DNA of 64,000 nucleotides, from the NCBI RefSeq assembly GCF_001194135.2, contig NC_068981.1, positions 72,599,761 through 72,663,760 of the forward strand, in the 5' to 3' direction. This DNA is from Octopus bimaculoides (Eukaryota). The notes beneath the pieces were generated by a model. It did not search any database, was not told the DNA's origin, and saw nothing but the letters and a program-made list of their open reading frames with translations. This document shows, one piece after another, positions 52,971-64,000 of the stretch. The position numbers and the translations under genes are program-made. Within the stretch, counting starts at the first letter, position 1, and each line of letters opens with the position of its first letter.

Positions 52971-53519
52971 TGATGATACGAAAAATATTGTGTATGTAAT
53001 TCCCCAAAACATAAATATGTAAACATTATCAAAAGTGCTTTTAAATGTACATAATAGCAATCACCTTTTACAGTCATCTTAAGAGTACAGTATCATCGTA
53101 TAATCAAATAACTTTTAAAACAAACCCTAGTCATAACACCAACTTGAACATCTAACTTGTTGTCGCGTGAGGTCTCTGGATGTGACTTGGATTCAACTTG
53201 TACAAATACAAAGCAAAAGCCAAAGATATAATAATAATAAATTGTTTCTAATCTTAGTTCAAGGTCAGTAATCATACATAATATATATGTGTGGGGTTTT
53301 GTCATTTCTCGATATCACCGACTCCAGGACTAGATACGCACTTTATTTTATCGATTTCGAAAAGGATGAAAGGTGAAGTTCACTTTGGCAAGATTTGGAT
53401 TCAGAATGCAATGAGTCTTGCCAAATCCTTGATAAAATTCTCCGCGCTAAAAAGCACCTGCCTTTCACCGCATACCTTGTTCATTTCTTCTGTTTGTCGC
53501 TGAGTCTCTCGCTTTCTCT

Positions 53520-53624
53520 CACAGCGTTTGAAGATGATGGTGGGTATGGTGGTGATGGTGGTGATGGTGGTGATGATGATGATGATGATGATGATGAAGA
53601 TGATGATGATTGATGGTGATGAAG

Positions 53625-53692
<68 letters not shown>
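53520..53692. repeat. Compound (GGT/GAT)n-(AAT)n microsatellite
   Basis: Direct reading; similar tracts at 52905-52970, 56070-56215 and 62930-63047. Confidence 0.95.
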
Positions 53693-53693
<1 letters not shown>

Positions 53694-54450
53694 TGGCAGC
53701 ACAAGACCACGAACTGTAGGGTGAACCTTAGGAATGGTCAAGTGTCTCCGCTGCACAGCATCTGCAATAGAGTGGATGAAATCATTGTCGATATCACGAA
53801 AGAATGCCCTAGACGTGCCCAAGACCGCTATAAGCTGTGGCGACACGATCAGGTAGCGAAAGTGCTACAGTGAAAACTGTGCGAGAAGTGGGGGATAGAG
53901 AGAGGCAAGACGTAGTATGAGCACAAATCGGAGAGAGTGGCGGAGTAGGGGACCAGAAAAATCCTCAGGGATTTCCCAATCCAAACAGATCAGATGCTAG
54001 ACCGTAACAGACCGATTTAGTGGTGATGCACAAGGTGCACCGCATGTACTCTATAGTTGATGTTTCATGCCCTCTTGACCCACGCATAGTCAAGAAGGAA
54101 GGCGAAAAGATAGATAGATACAACCCTCTTAAGTACGAAATAGCCCGGCTAGGGAAAATGAAGGTGAAGATAGTGCCAATAATTTTTGGGTCCTTCGGAA
54201 CAATATCAGAAGCTATCAAGGGGGAATATAAAGGAAATTGGAATAGAGCACCCAGTAGAAAGTTGAATAGAGCGCCCAAGGTTTGCCTCCTTGGTGCGGC
54301 CAGAATCACATTAAATATTAGATAGCTAAAAAGAACGGGCAGCATGGTATCGTAGGCTGCAGGTAGTAAGCCTGCTACACATGCAAGCCTCCAGGAGCTC
54401 CAACAAATCTGTGATAAAGAGAAATAATGATGATGATGATGATGGTGATG
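53693..54450 (+). mobile_element. R4/Dong-like LINE 3' end: degenerate CCHC knuckle, restriction-like endonuclease, 3' UTR
   Basis: MAAQDH..., ICNRVDEIIVDITKECP, RHDQVAKVLQ*KLCEKW, NRPDLVV, IVDVSCPLD, KEGEKIDRY, VPIIFGSFG, LLGAARI; AAT/GAT tail. Confidence 0.92.
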
Positions 54451-54454
54451 ATCC

Positions 54455-54555
54455 TGCAATTGTAGGTGCCCTAGATACGATAAAGAAATGGATGTCAGAA
54501 ACATCTAGATAAGATCCCAGGAGAACCATATCTCAAAGAAATCCTAAAGATGTTA
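54455..54555 (+). mobile_element. Short R4-like LINE C-terminal fragment, second family
   Basis: IVGALDTIKK / GCQKHLDKIPGEPYLKEI (frameshifted). Confidence 0.6.
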
Positions 54556-54602
54556 GGATTCTTTTCTTGTCCAGCAGTCTAATCTTTTGAGTGTATATGA
54601 AT

Positions 54603-54638
<36 letters not shown>

Positions 54639-56079
54639 AATAATAATAAACACAATCGAAACTATTAATTTCTAAATGTCATCTGTCTACATAACGTATA
54701 TATATACCATTGAAAGTCAGACTGCTGTGGTTTTTTTTTCCGAGAGAAAACCATTTCATAGATGTGTAGGGTTAAAAATGCAATATGCATGAAAGCGAGA
54801 TCAACATCGTTTCAGCTGTGACTTACTAGAATTTGAGACACATTTCTACCTCCTTGGGCTTTAGTACATGCCTGAACGACTCATGTACGGAGTTGCAAAT
54901 GTATATTCAAAGGTATAGCTCACAATTTCAGCTTATGTGTTGGTTCTTCAGTTGCGATAATTCCCTACATGTTCTGGAGAACTGGTACTACTTGGCCTGA
55001 GAAAAAGTTTAATCCGGTTCTGTCGTTTCGTAAGCAGAAGTATAAAATTTTTCTCGTTTCCTTCTCCCTGATGATTTCCCGTGACAAAGAAATGCTGTTG
55101 CATTTTAAACAACTTTTAAGTCTAAACTTTAACTGTGATAGATCTAAAAATAGCGTCCGTTTATTTGGTATTGAAAGAAATTTTGTTATCACACAGTTAC
55201 TATGTAAAAGGACCACAACGCTAGAAACGGTGTAAGAGGTGCTACTACTACTTTTGCTATTGTTGTTACTATTTCTGTCTTCCAAATCACTCATTTGAGA
55301 TTCCAGATATTTTTATTAGTTTTTCACAGCATTGTTTCTTTTCTTCTTCCTTTGTGCGTAAATTTGTGTTATAATTTTGTGTTTGGTTTTTAGCCGTTGT
55401 CGTGTCGCATTTTCATATGAGGTAGACATTTTGTATATGAAAATATATGTAAATAAAATTCTCAGACTTTATGGAACAAACCTCTTTCGCTTTCTAATGT
55501 CTGCCCGAGGTATCGAGGACAAGCTTCCCTTAGACATTTATAACTCTTTTCTCAAGTACCTGAGAGAAAATTTCACTTCGAAATGCTTCAATAAAATGCA
55601 TTTCGAGTGGAGAAATTAAAAGACGTTCACACCACGAATTAAGTATAACAACAACAACAACAACAACAACCGCAATAATAATAGTAATAATAATTTTATA
55701 TTTATTGGCCGTAAGGATTCATACATACAATGTTTTACAAAATGACTCGAAGGGCATTGTGCAAATGTACAAATAGAGCTATATAAAAACGAAGGATGGA
55801 ACAAAAGTTTTATACAATATATGGAAACATAAAAAATATGAGACAACCGCATACATAGAAAAAAAAATTCCTTTAACATCAATATTCTAATAAATATATA
55901 TATTCTATTTTCCAATTACAAAATGGAATATACATACGCAGTAATTCATTCTTAACTTTCGATATTATCAGACAATGGCGTCTTAGAAATTCTTGCCAAG
56001 AATGAAATAATCACAGAACATCAAAATTTTATAATGAATTTTCAGAGGAATACAGAATACGATTATTATCATTATTATT

Positions 56080-56127
<48 letters not shown>

Positions 56128-56131
56128 GTCG

Positions 56132-56189
<58 letters not shown>

Positions 56190-56936
56190 CATTATTATTA
56201 TTATTATTATTGTTGTTGTTATTGATGTTGTTTTTGTCGTTATTATTATCACCTATTTTTTCTTCGGTAGATTGCAATAATTCTAATGGGGGTTGTGACT
56301 GTTGCTGTCCTTTCGCTATTTTGTTGCATTGGTTAAAAACGTGTAAAAACAACTATGCATCTACATTTGAGTCGGAGAAACCAAAATATCGTCGCTGAAA
56401 GAATATAAACTCACGAAACGCATCAAAAATATATGTAACAACTAATTCGTTCTATACATGATATGAAGCTAAGAATATATTTGTGCGTGACTAGACATAA
56501 ATGCTTGAATATTTAAGTGAAGGGATAATCATTACGTGTGATAAAGGGTCATTTCTGAAGCGTAGGAATGTGTTGGAATGAAATTACATAAAGCCACGAT
56601 CGAAGTCTTGAGACACTTCGAAGTTAGCCAGCCTCTGCGGTGCGCATCGCTCTACGTATGAAATATATTGCTGAAAACAGAATCGATATGTCAATGTATA
56701 TCAGATTCTCTGCGTACCTTTGCAGCCGTAGTCCAACGGCGAAAACCAATAACAGACTAGAAGAATTCATATTCCGACAAACAGATATACACACACGCAC
56801 AGTCATGTGTGTATATATATATGTGTGTGTGTGTGTATGCTTGTGTGTCTGTGCGCGTATCAGCGTGCGTGTGTATGCGTGCATGTGTATATACATATAT
56901 CTATGCATATGCATGCGTGTGTACATTGATGCCTTC

Positions 56937-57047
<111 letters not shown>

Positions 57048-57341
57048 TGTACATACATACATACATACATACATACATACATACATACATACATACATAC
57101 ACGAAGTGAATAGGTCGCGGTTTCAAAACGATAAAAATATTTTGACACAAATTAAATTTAAACGTTGAAGTGAATCGAACGGTTGTTTTGTGTGTTCTTA
57201 ACTGGCTTATAAATATCTTTCACGCTGCAACTGTTTTTGTTCCAGTGCAGTATCTCAGATTAAGTCACTTGCTTTGCCAGTATATCTCCGAAACATATAT
57301 ATATATATATATGGAGAGAAAATAGAGAATATATATATAAA

Positions 57342-57392
<51 letters not shown>

Positions 57393-57917
57393 CATTTTGA
57401 TTGCAGAGAGCACAATCAGTTTTCTTCTTCTGAACAGTGGATTATAACTATTTCAGTCATATTCAATTAAGTAGATTAACCACGACTCATCAATCAACAT
57501 GTCTCTTGTTTAAGTTTCTCACTAAATCTCCGGTTTTCGAGAATGTACTGACTACTTTTATGTGCGCTTTTATTTTACTTAATTTCATATCAGACTATTA
57601 CTTGCCACCTACTTTTCAAAACTTTCTAACTTAACTTTGTTGCTTTGTGTAATTATCCAACCTATCTGTCTGTTTGAATGCATCCTACCTGAGCTTTTCT
57701 TTTTATCTATCACCTAATATATTGCTATTTCTGTCTATCCATCGAATCACACATCTGCTGTTCAACAACCGATGTAACTGATCTACACAGCTTCCAGTTT
57801 ACACACTACATAGTCCGATATTAAATAATGAATATGAGGATATCCTATCTTATGTGTTGCATACTTTAGGTGGCTTCCATCAACAGATATTCTTTACGTA
57901 ATCCTTACACATTTCTT

Positions 57918-58110
57918 AACGAGCTGACAGAATCGTTAGCGTGTCGGACAATGTATATGCCGGCATTTCTTGCGGTTCTTTACATTCTGAGCACCAATCC
58001 CGGCGATATCACTTTTGTGTTTCTCCTTTCAGGATCGGGAGAATGAAGTGTCAGGTTTTGACTCCTTCCCTCAAATTACTGACAATGTGCCAAAAAAAAA
58101 ATTGTAACCA
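57918..58110 (+). mobile_element. Degenerate SINE (family of 20404)
   Basis: GAGCTGACAGAATCGTTAGCGTGTCGGACAA...AATGTGCCAAAA. Confidence 0.7.
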
Positions 58111-58125
58111 TTATTATTACGTATA

Positions 58126-58385
58126 GTGGAGGCCCTTGGCTTAGCGGTTAGGGTATTGGATTCATGATCGTAATATTGTTTCGATTCCTGGACCGGGCGA
58201 CGCGTTATGTTCTTGAGCAAAACACTTCATTACGCGTTGTTTCAGTTCGCAAAACTAACAAAATTGAGTAACCATGCAACGGACCAGCATCCCGTCCAGG
58301 TGAGGAATATATATGCCATCGAAACCAGGAAACCGGCCCTATGAGTCTACATGACCCGGAAGGAACTTTGCTTATTATTATTATG
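58126..58385 (+). mobile_element. tRNA-derived SINE with (TTA)n tail
   Basis: GTGGAGGCCCTTGGCTTAGCGGTTAGGG...GTTTCGATTCCTGGACCGGG...TTCTTGAGCAAAACACTTCAT; head related to 18613 and 43652. Confidence 0.85.
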
Positions 58386-58999
58386 TACCCAAAAGACGGC
58401 GAGTGGGCAAAACCGTTAGCTCGCCGTTTGGCTAAAAAGAGTAATGGCCGATGATAGGAGGATAGAGGATGGGAAATGACAGGGAATTTTGCTTTCATAT
58501 TCACTAAAGTGAATTTTCGTCCCTTTAATTGAGCATACAGAAAAAACTCCCACTTAAAATGACCGAGAAAGTAACAGAGCAATCACCACCATAAAAGACC
58601 GCACCACCAACGACAGCAACACCACGCTTACTCTGACCATAGAAGAAACAATTTCAATACCATTAAAACGAGATCCAATAACAGTAGCAACAACGAACAT
58701 CTAATATAAACGCCGCTGCCATCATCAACCTCCCCACCACCACCACCATCATCACCACCACCACTACCATCACCACCGTCACCGCCACCACCACCACCAC
58801 AACCACCGTTCTCATAATATCAAGAAGATAAGTGTCGAAAGGTGAGTCTGCACTGATCAAAATAAGAAAAGAATGCACCCAAGACCTCTACTATCACCAC
58901 CATGTTCACAGTAGCCATCAGCTGTAGTATTAGAAACAGCACAACCACTGCCACAATCATAATCGTCAATGGTACTAGTTCAATGGCTGCAATATCACA

Positions 59000-61900
59000 G
59001 CTATCGCCAGACTTTTATCCACATCATTGATACTACCATAAACAACACAATTTCATCTCATTCTTCAAATTCATATTGGATATTTGTTTGAACCTCTCGG
59101 GATTGACTTATTGATGGTCTGAACGGAAATCTTCGTGGCTGTTTTACTATTTCATTCCTCCAGAGTCTATAGAATAATTGTTCTGATTGAATTTTGTTAA
59201 TTCATTCAAGTTATTACTGACAATATGAACTTTTTACCGAAACAGTGTTGGTATTATTTCCCCCACCTTCCTCAATGTTCTCCATAAACTCAGACGTTGT
59301 TTTATATTTGTTAGCCTCCCTGAAACTTTTTTTGTTGTAATGATTTAGCCATAGTACTTTTTTGTTTTCAAAATACCCCCAATCTTCGTTTCTTTCTACA
59401 TTTAAGTGCTGAACTCTAGATGCAATAATATTCCTTCTTTCCAATTTCGTATTTCTATGTTACTGGACGTACAGTTAAAGATATTTTAACTGCAACTTGT
59501 TAATGTATTAGCTTAGCTTTTTTTTCACTTTCTAAATTAATTTCTGTTTAAACTATTAAATTTTTGTTATAATCTATCTAGATCATTATCTATCTAAATC
59601 ATTGAAAATTTACTAGTAAGGTTTTAATCTAATTCTCTTAGATTCTCTTATCTGGTATTATATAAGCTATTTTATTAATTTTCCTGTCTTCATTGTGGCT
59701 TTAGTACATTTTTAAAACCAAGTGATATGTAAACTTACTTTTTGAATTCGCTCATACATTTGAATCCAGACTGGCTTCGTATGTTAGAACCACCAGAAGG
59801 CTTTAGAACCACCACAAGTTGGCTGGATAGAAAGATTTTTCTCAGAATATTACTCTTTTGGGATGGATTTGTTTTGTTTTCACAATTTCTGTTTTGTTTC
59901 CATATGTGCAAATGTCTTCAATTTACTTATAGCATATTTGATATATCTGATATCTTACTGGTGCTATCTGACTGGTTAATATTTCCAGAATCCGCAAATG
60001 GAAAATACGGCATTAGCCACGGGACAGCAAGCTATGTGATGCTCAAGCCCTTCTATCAACTATAATCTTCAGTTGCGGCTTTGTTGCAAAGTAAATAATC
60101 TTCATATCAAAAAAAAAAAAAATAAAATAATTCTCTAAATCTATCTGGTATTCCTTATGTTATTTTTCTCGTGTCAACATTCATCCTTTGTGATAAAAAT
60201 GATAGAAGTTCTTTGATAAATCTTTCAATATTTTAGGAAGTAGGTTATGGAGCTGTAATTTTGTGATATTGATTTTGCTTAGCTTTAGGTATTGAGAAGA
60301 TGACATATCCAGATATTTCAGGTTTCATCTTTCCGATTTCCTTCCTTGTTCATATCTAATACCTTGCTTACTTCCATATTATTTGATTCCAAGGTTGTTC
60401 AACTGTTTTTTTTCTTCTTGTTTTTAACATTCTAAATCAAGGCGTTCCATACACTGTTCATACACTTATCAACAGATATTTTACTTCTATCGCTTGTAGT
60501 ATTATATTGGTTTTCCTTAGTTTTTGGAGGCACACGATGTACTTTATCCAAAGAAGCTGTTTTCCCATAAGGACAGATGTCTTGCGATTCAGTGAGACAT
60601 TTTTGCCTTAGGTTTTCTTTCGTTACAGGTTCCTCTGTTTCTTTATTTTTCTTTAATGCTCTGTGAGTTTTCGTTCTCAAGCTCAATAATGAGTAAAATA
60701 TTCATTTCCTTTCTTATTTGTATTTGGAGTTTAGTTTATCGGATCTAGGTGATACTTATATATATGTTTGCTTCTAATATATCTGACGGTCTAGTTTGCA
60801 TTTTTTATTATAGTAGGTGCAATTGTATCATTACGTTTTATATTTCGGAATGAAAACCAATCCGTGTATTTTCATTTCTTAATTGCTTTCGTATTCAAAT
60901 GGCCAACTTTACTTCTTTCTACTTTGATCTTGTTTTATACTTAAGTGTATTCATATTTTCATTAGTATAGTTCCGATGTGGTTTTTGTTGGTCATATTCA
61001 GTTTGTATGGTATCTGATTTTAGTGTTTTCTTTTTCTCTTTTGTTGGTTCTGTTTGCACTAGATCCGTTGTTACTTGCGTTTTCGAAATTTATAATTTAA
61101 ATGGTTCCTTTATTCATATTGTTTCTATTTTTTATGTTATTTAAGTTTTATTCTTTTATGGTCTCTGTTTCAATTTTGGGTATATTTTCCCCTTAAATAT
61201 GCATACTCATCGAAGATTTAAATCGCTGGGATTAGTAGTTGTTATAGTTGTTGTTGTTGCTGTTACTTATGTTTCGGCGTTCTTGTATTTATTACGTGCT
61301 TTTATTGAACAAAGGTGTAACATTGTGTACGTAGTGTTCGCTTCTTTTATTTCTCTATGCCAGTGAAAGCACTCCACGTAATATATGCGCAGTACGTACT
61401 CGTGTTGTTATCTCTAGCTTATGTACGTGCGTAGTTCTGGAGTCTTCTGTGTTACATGGTTCTATGGCTGTATGGTTGTTTGACTGTACTGTCTATTGCA
61501 TAGCGATACAGATACTTTCTTTTCAATTGATGTATCATAATTCTAGTATAGTTTCCTGTCAATGAAATATCCCAACTCTGTCTCTACAGCATATATATTC
61601 TCTTTTTGCCATGATAGGAAAGTGAAAAACAATCTGCTTATTTTTACCTAACCTGTACACATTCTTGTATACTGTTTCATATATACATTCTTATGCATAC
61701 ATGTTGTATTCTATCTCATATCCTTTTTTTAAAAATTCTTAAGAGCTTTCAATCATTTCCTGTTTAGCTTGTACTGGGATTTGTCTATCTTCCTTTTGTT
61801 CATTCTTTCCAGATATTAGTAATATACGGTCTTTACATGATATTCCACATATCTATTTCAAAATATCTGTTAGATTTTTTTCATGATTTCTATTGCTGTT

Positions 61901-62720
61901 TCTCTTTTCTGTACCAATTGTCTGTTACCTTAGTTCCGTTTTATATGTTGACTTCCTTGAAGGAAAAACCAAAAACAGTTAAGTTTTTGTATATTTGTGT
62001 TTCGTAGCATTTTGTATTAGTTTCTTATAACTAGATGTTTTTGTAGTGCTGCAGTGAGTATTTCATAAGATTTATTTTGGTCTCAGAAGACAGTACCTTC
62101 CTATATTCGGGATAAACCTAATCTTCTTCATCACATTTTAGATGGTGTATTTTAAATGCAGTCATTATTTTATGGATATCCTGTCTCGAGTGATTAATTC
62201 GTTTGGCGTCTAGTTGAGAGAAGTATAACTAATTTATTACTGGGAAAGCTATGAGCTTTCGAGTCTATTACGTATTATTTTATATTTAGTAATGTGTAAA
62301 TAATATGCCTGTAGTATTCGTTCTCGGTCTATCTTTTTAGCGTATGAGCGTCTACTGTACTCTACAGTTCATAAATTAATGAGTTTTGTAGATTTATGTC
62401 AATTCAAAGCTTGCTTTAGCACATTTTCGACCGGGATTTCACACCAGTTACTCAAATACATCATATACTATCTACTGGAGTGTTTCTATTTGTTTTTCAA
62501 CTGAAGCATACTACATGAAGTCATTCGTATGAAACAGACGGTCGATTATCTTCCCATACCATATGTATTCGAGACTATGGCAAAGTTTTAATAATTCCTT
62601 TCTTTATCTATTTTGTCATAATCTTTTGGTATCAATTCATTCATTTTATTTTTATAGGTCATTTTCATTGTACTTTCAAGCGTTGCTCTGTGCACCTTGG
62701 ATACATTCTTTCACCTGCAT
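59000..62720 (-). mobile_element. Highly decayed LINE relic(s), possibly L1/Tx1-like
   Basis: About 3.7 kb with a strong A-rich minus-strand bias and almost no microsatellites; the minus peptide EIDMWNIM*RPYITNIWKE (~61802-61859) recalls the L1/Tx1 IWxERN motif; no clear RT core was read. Confidence 0.35.
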
Positions 62721-62936
62721 TAAAAGTTCATTATGTGACGTGTGAGGTCCCTGATACTGTTATTTTCTAGACCAAGAGTGTATTTATAAGAGTCAAGAGC
62801 GTTATATTTATGTATATGTTTACCCTCGCAAGTCAGTTTTGCGCTATTCCTAATAGTTTTTGAAATGTGTCCGTGTAACAACATTTTATTCGTCATCCTT
62901 GTAGCAAATAAAATTAGCAGTATAGTATCGTTATTA

Positions 62937-62970
<34 letters not shown>

Positions 62971-62974
62971 AATT

Positions 62975-62977
62975 CTT

Positions 62978-63048
<71 letters not shown>

Positions 63049-64000
63049 TTTATAGCGTGCTTTCACTTCACTACCGAGCGCAGCTCTGTGTGTATGTGCA
63101 CAGCTTTGGGTATGTGCTGTGGTTTGCTGTGATGATCTTTGCTGTATTGAAAGTGCTTTGCGTAGGATGTGTGCAGTGCCCAGTAGTGCAATTTTCTGTA
63201 TGTTATATATACTTGTAAGTCCTGCTATTTTTGTCATGTATTTGTCTGAATTTTTTTTATCATAACTAATGCGTCTACTATGATAGGAATTGTTTCTGTT
63301 TTTAGATTCCACATTCGAGTTACTTCTATTGCCAGTATTTTTGTATTTTGAAAGTTTCTCCATTTCTTTTAGAGAAACGTTGTCATCTGCTGGTGTTGAT
63401 ACATCAATTAGAAAGCATTTTTTTTTTGTTCATGATCTCTGACAACTATATCTGGCCTAGTGTCCTTAATTTCTCTGTCGGTGTATATTTGCACATCCCA
63501 TAGTATGGTTGCTTTCTCGTTTTCTGTGACCTTTCTGGCGTGTGTCTATGCCTTCTTTTTTCTGTTGCTATTCCGTAGTGTTGGCATAGATTCCAGTGTA
63601 TGTAGGTCCCAACTCTCTCATGTCTGTAAATATATTCCTTCCTAGCCAGGACTGGGCAGCCAGAGATAATATGATTTATTGTTTCTTGTCCATCTCCACA
63701 TATTCTACAGTTACTTGTTATGTTTCTTTTCATTATATGTTTTTGGTAATTTCTGGTGGGGAGGCTTTGGTCTTGTGCAGCAATTAAAAATCCTTCAGTC
63801 TCTGCTTTGAGTCCTGAGCTTCTCAGCCATTGCTGGGATTTTTCTCTGTCTATTTCTTTCGCATTTAGTTTAGCCCAGTATTTGCCATGTAGGGGCTTTT
63901 CTTGCCATCGTTTTATCATGGTCCGTTGCTGTTCTAGTTTTAGTTTGGATTTCATTTGTTTTATAGCTTTTGTTGTTTCTTCTTCTTCTTCTTCGTATTT
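62975..64000 (-). mobile_element. R4/Dong-like LINE 3' end (runs off the window)
   Basis: WQEKPLHGKY, WLRSSGLKAETEGFLIAAQDQSLPT, CRICGDGQETINHIISGC (CCHC), RHERVGTYIHWNLC, RPDIVV, IQKIALLGTAHILRK; (AAT)n tail. Confidence 0.95.

Noticed and set aside
56210-56398. Signal-peptide/Cys-rich or TM-like peptide (IAIILMGVVTVAVLSLFCCIG)
   Set aside because: It continues directly from a decaying ATT/GTT microsatellite, so the composition explains the pattern.
58560-59040. His/Thr/Pro-rich pseudo-coding stretch
   Set aside because: Degenerate (CAC/CAT)n repeats.

Overview
This is eukaryotic, AT-rich, microsatellite-dense genomic DNA with many N gaps beside (TA)n tracts. The repeat families look like those of a coleoid cephalopod, probably Octopus; this is my pattern recognition, not a database result. 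I found no intact recognisable protein-coding gene, rRNA, true tRNA or CRISPR array, so the window is most likely intronic or intergenic, and most ORFs in the track are microsatellite artefacts. The identifiable content is decayed mobile DNA: a 5'-truncated Penelope-like element (PLE; RT + GIY-YIG), R4/Dong-type LINE fragments with a restriction-like endonuclease, other LINE relics, Tc1/mariner fossils and MITEs, a Merlin/IS1595-like fossil, a Helentron-like element and many tRNA-derived SINEs. The most interesting signal is six hammerhead-ribozyme (HHR)-like motifs from four unrelated repeat families, most in inverted or fold-back arrangements. They include (1) a canonical-core type I HHR inside a 162-bp palindrome whose other arm is antisense to it, (2) a PLE terminus in which a tRNA-like Pol III head lies upstream of an HHR, while the inverted copy at the element's other end starts at the reconstructed cleavage triplet, (3) a 460-bp fold-back whose two arms carry complementary partial HHR deletions, and (4) two copies of a CUGUUGA-core minimal HHR. 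All ribozyme activity is inferred from hand folding and has not been tested.
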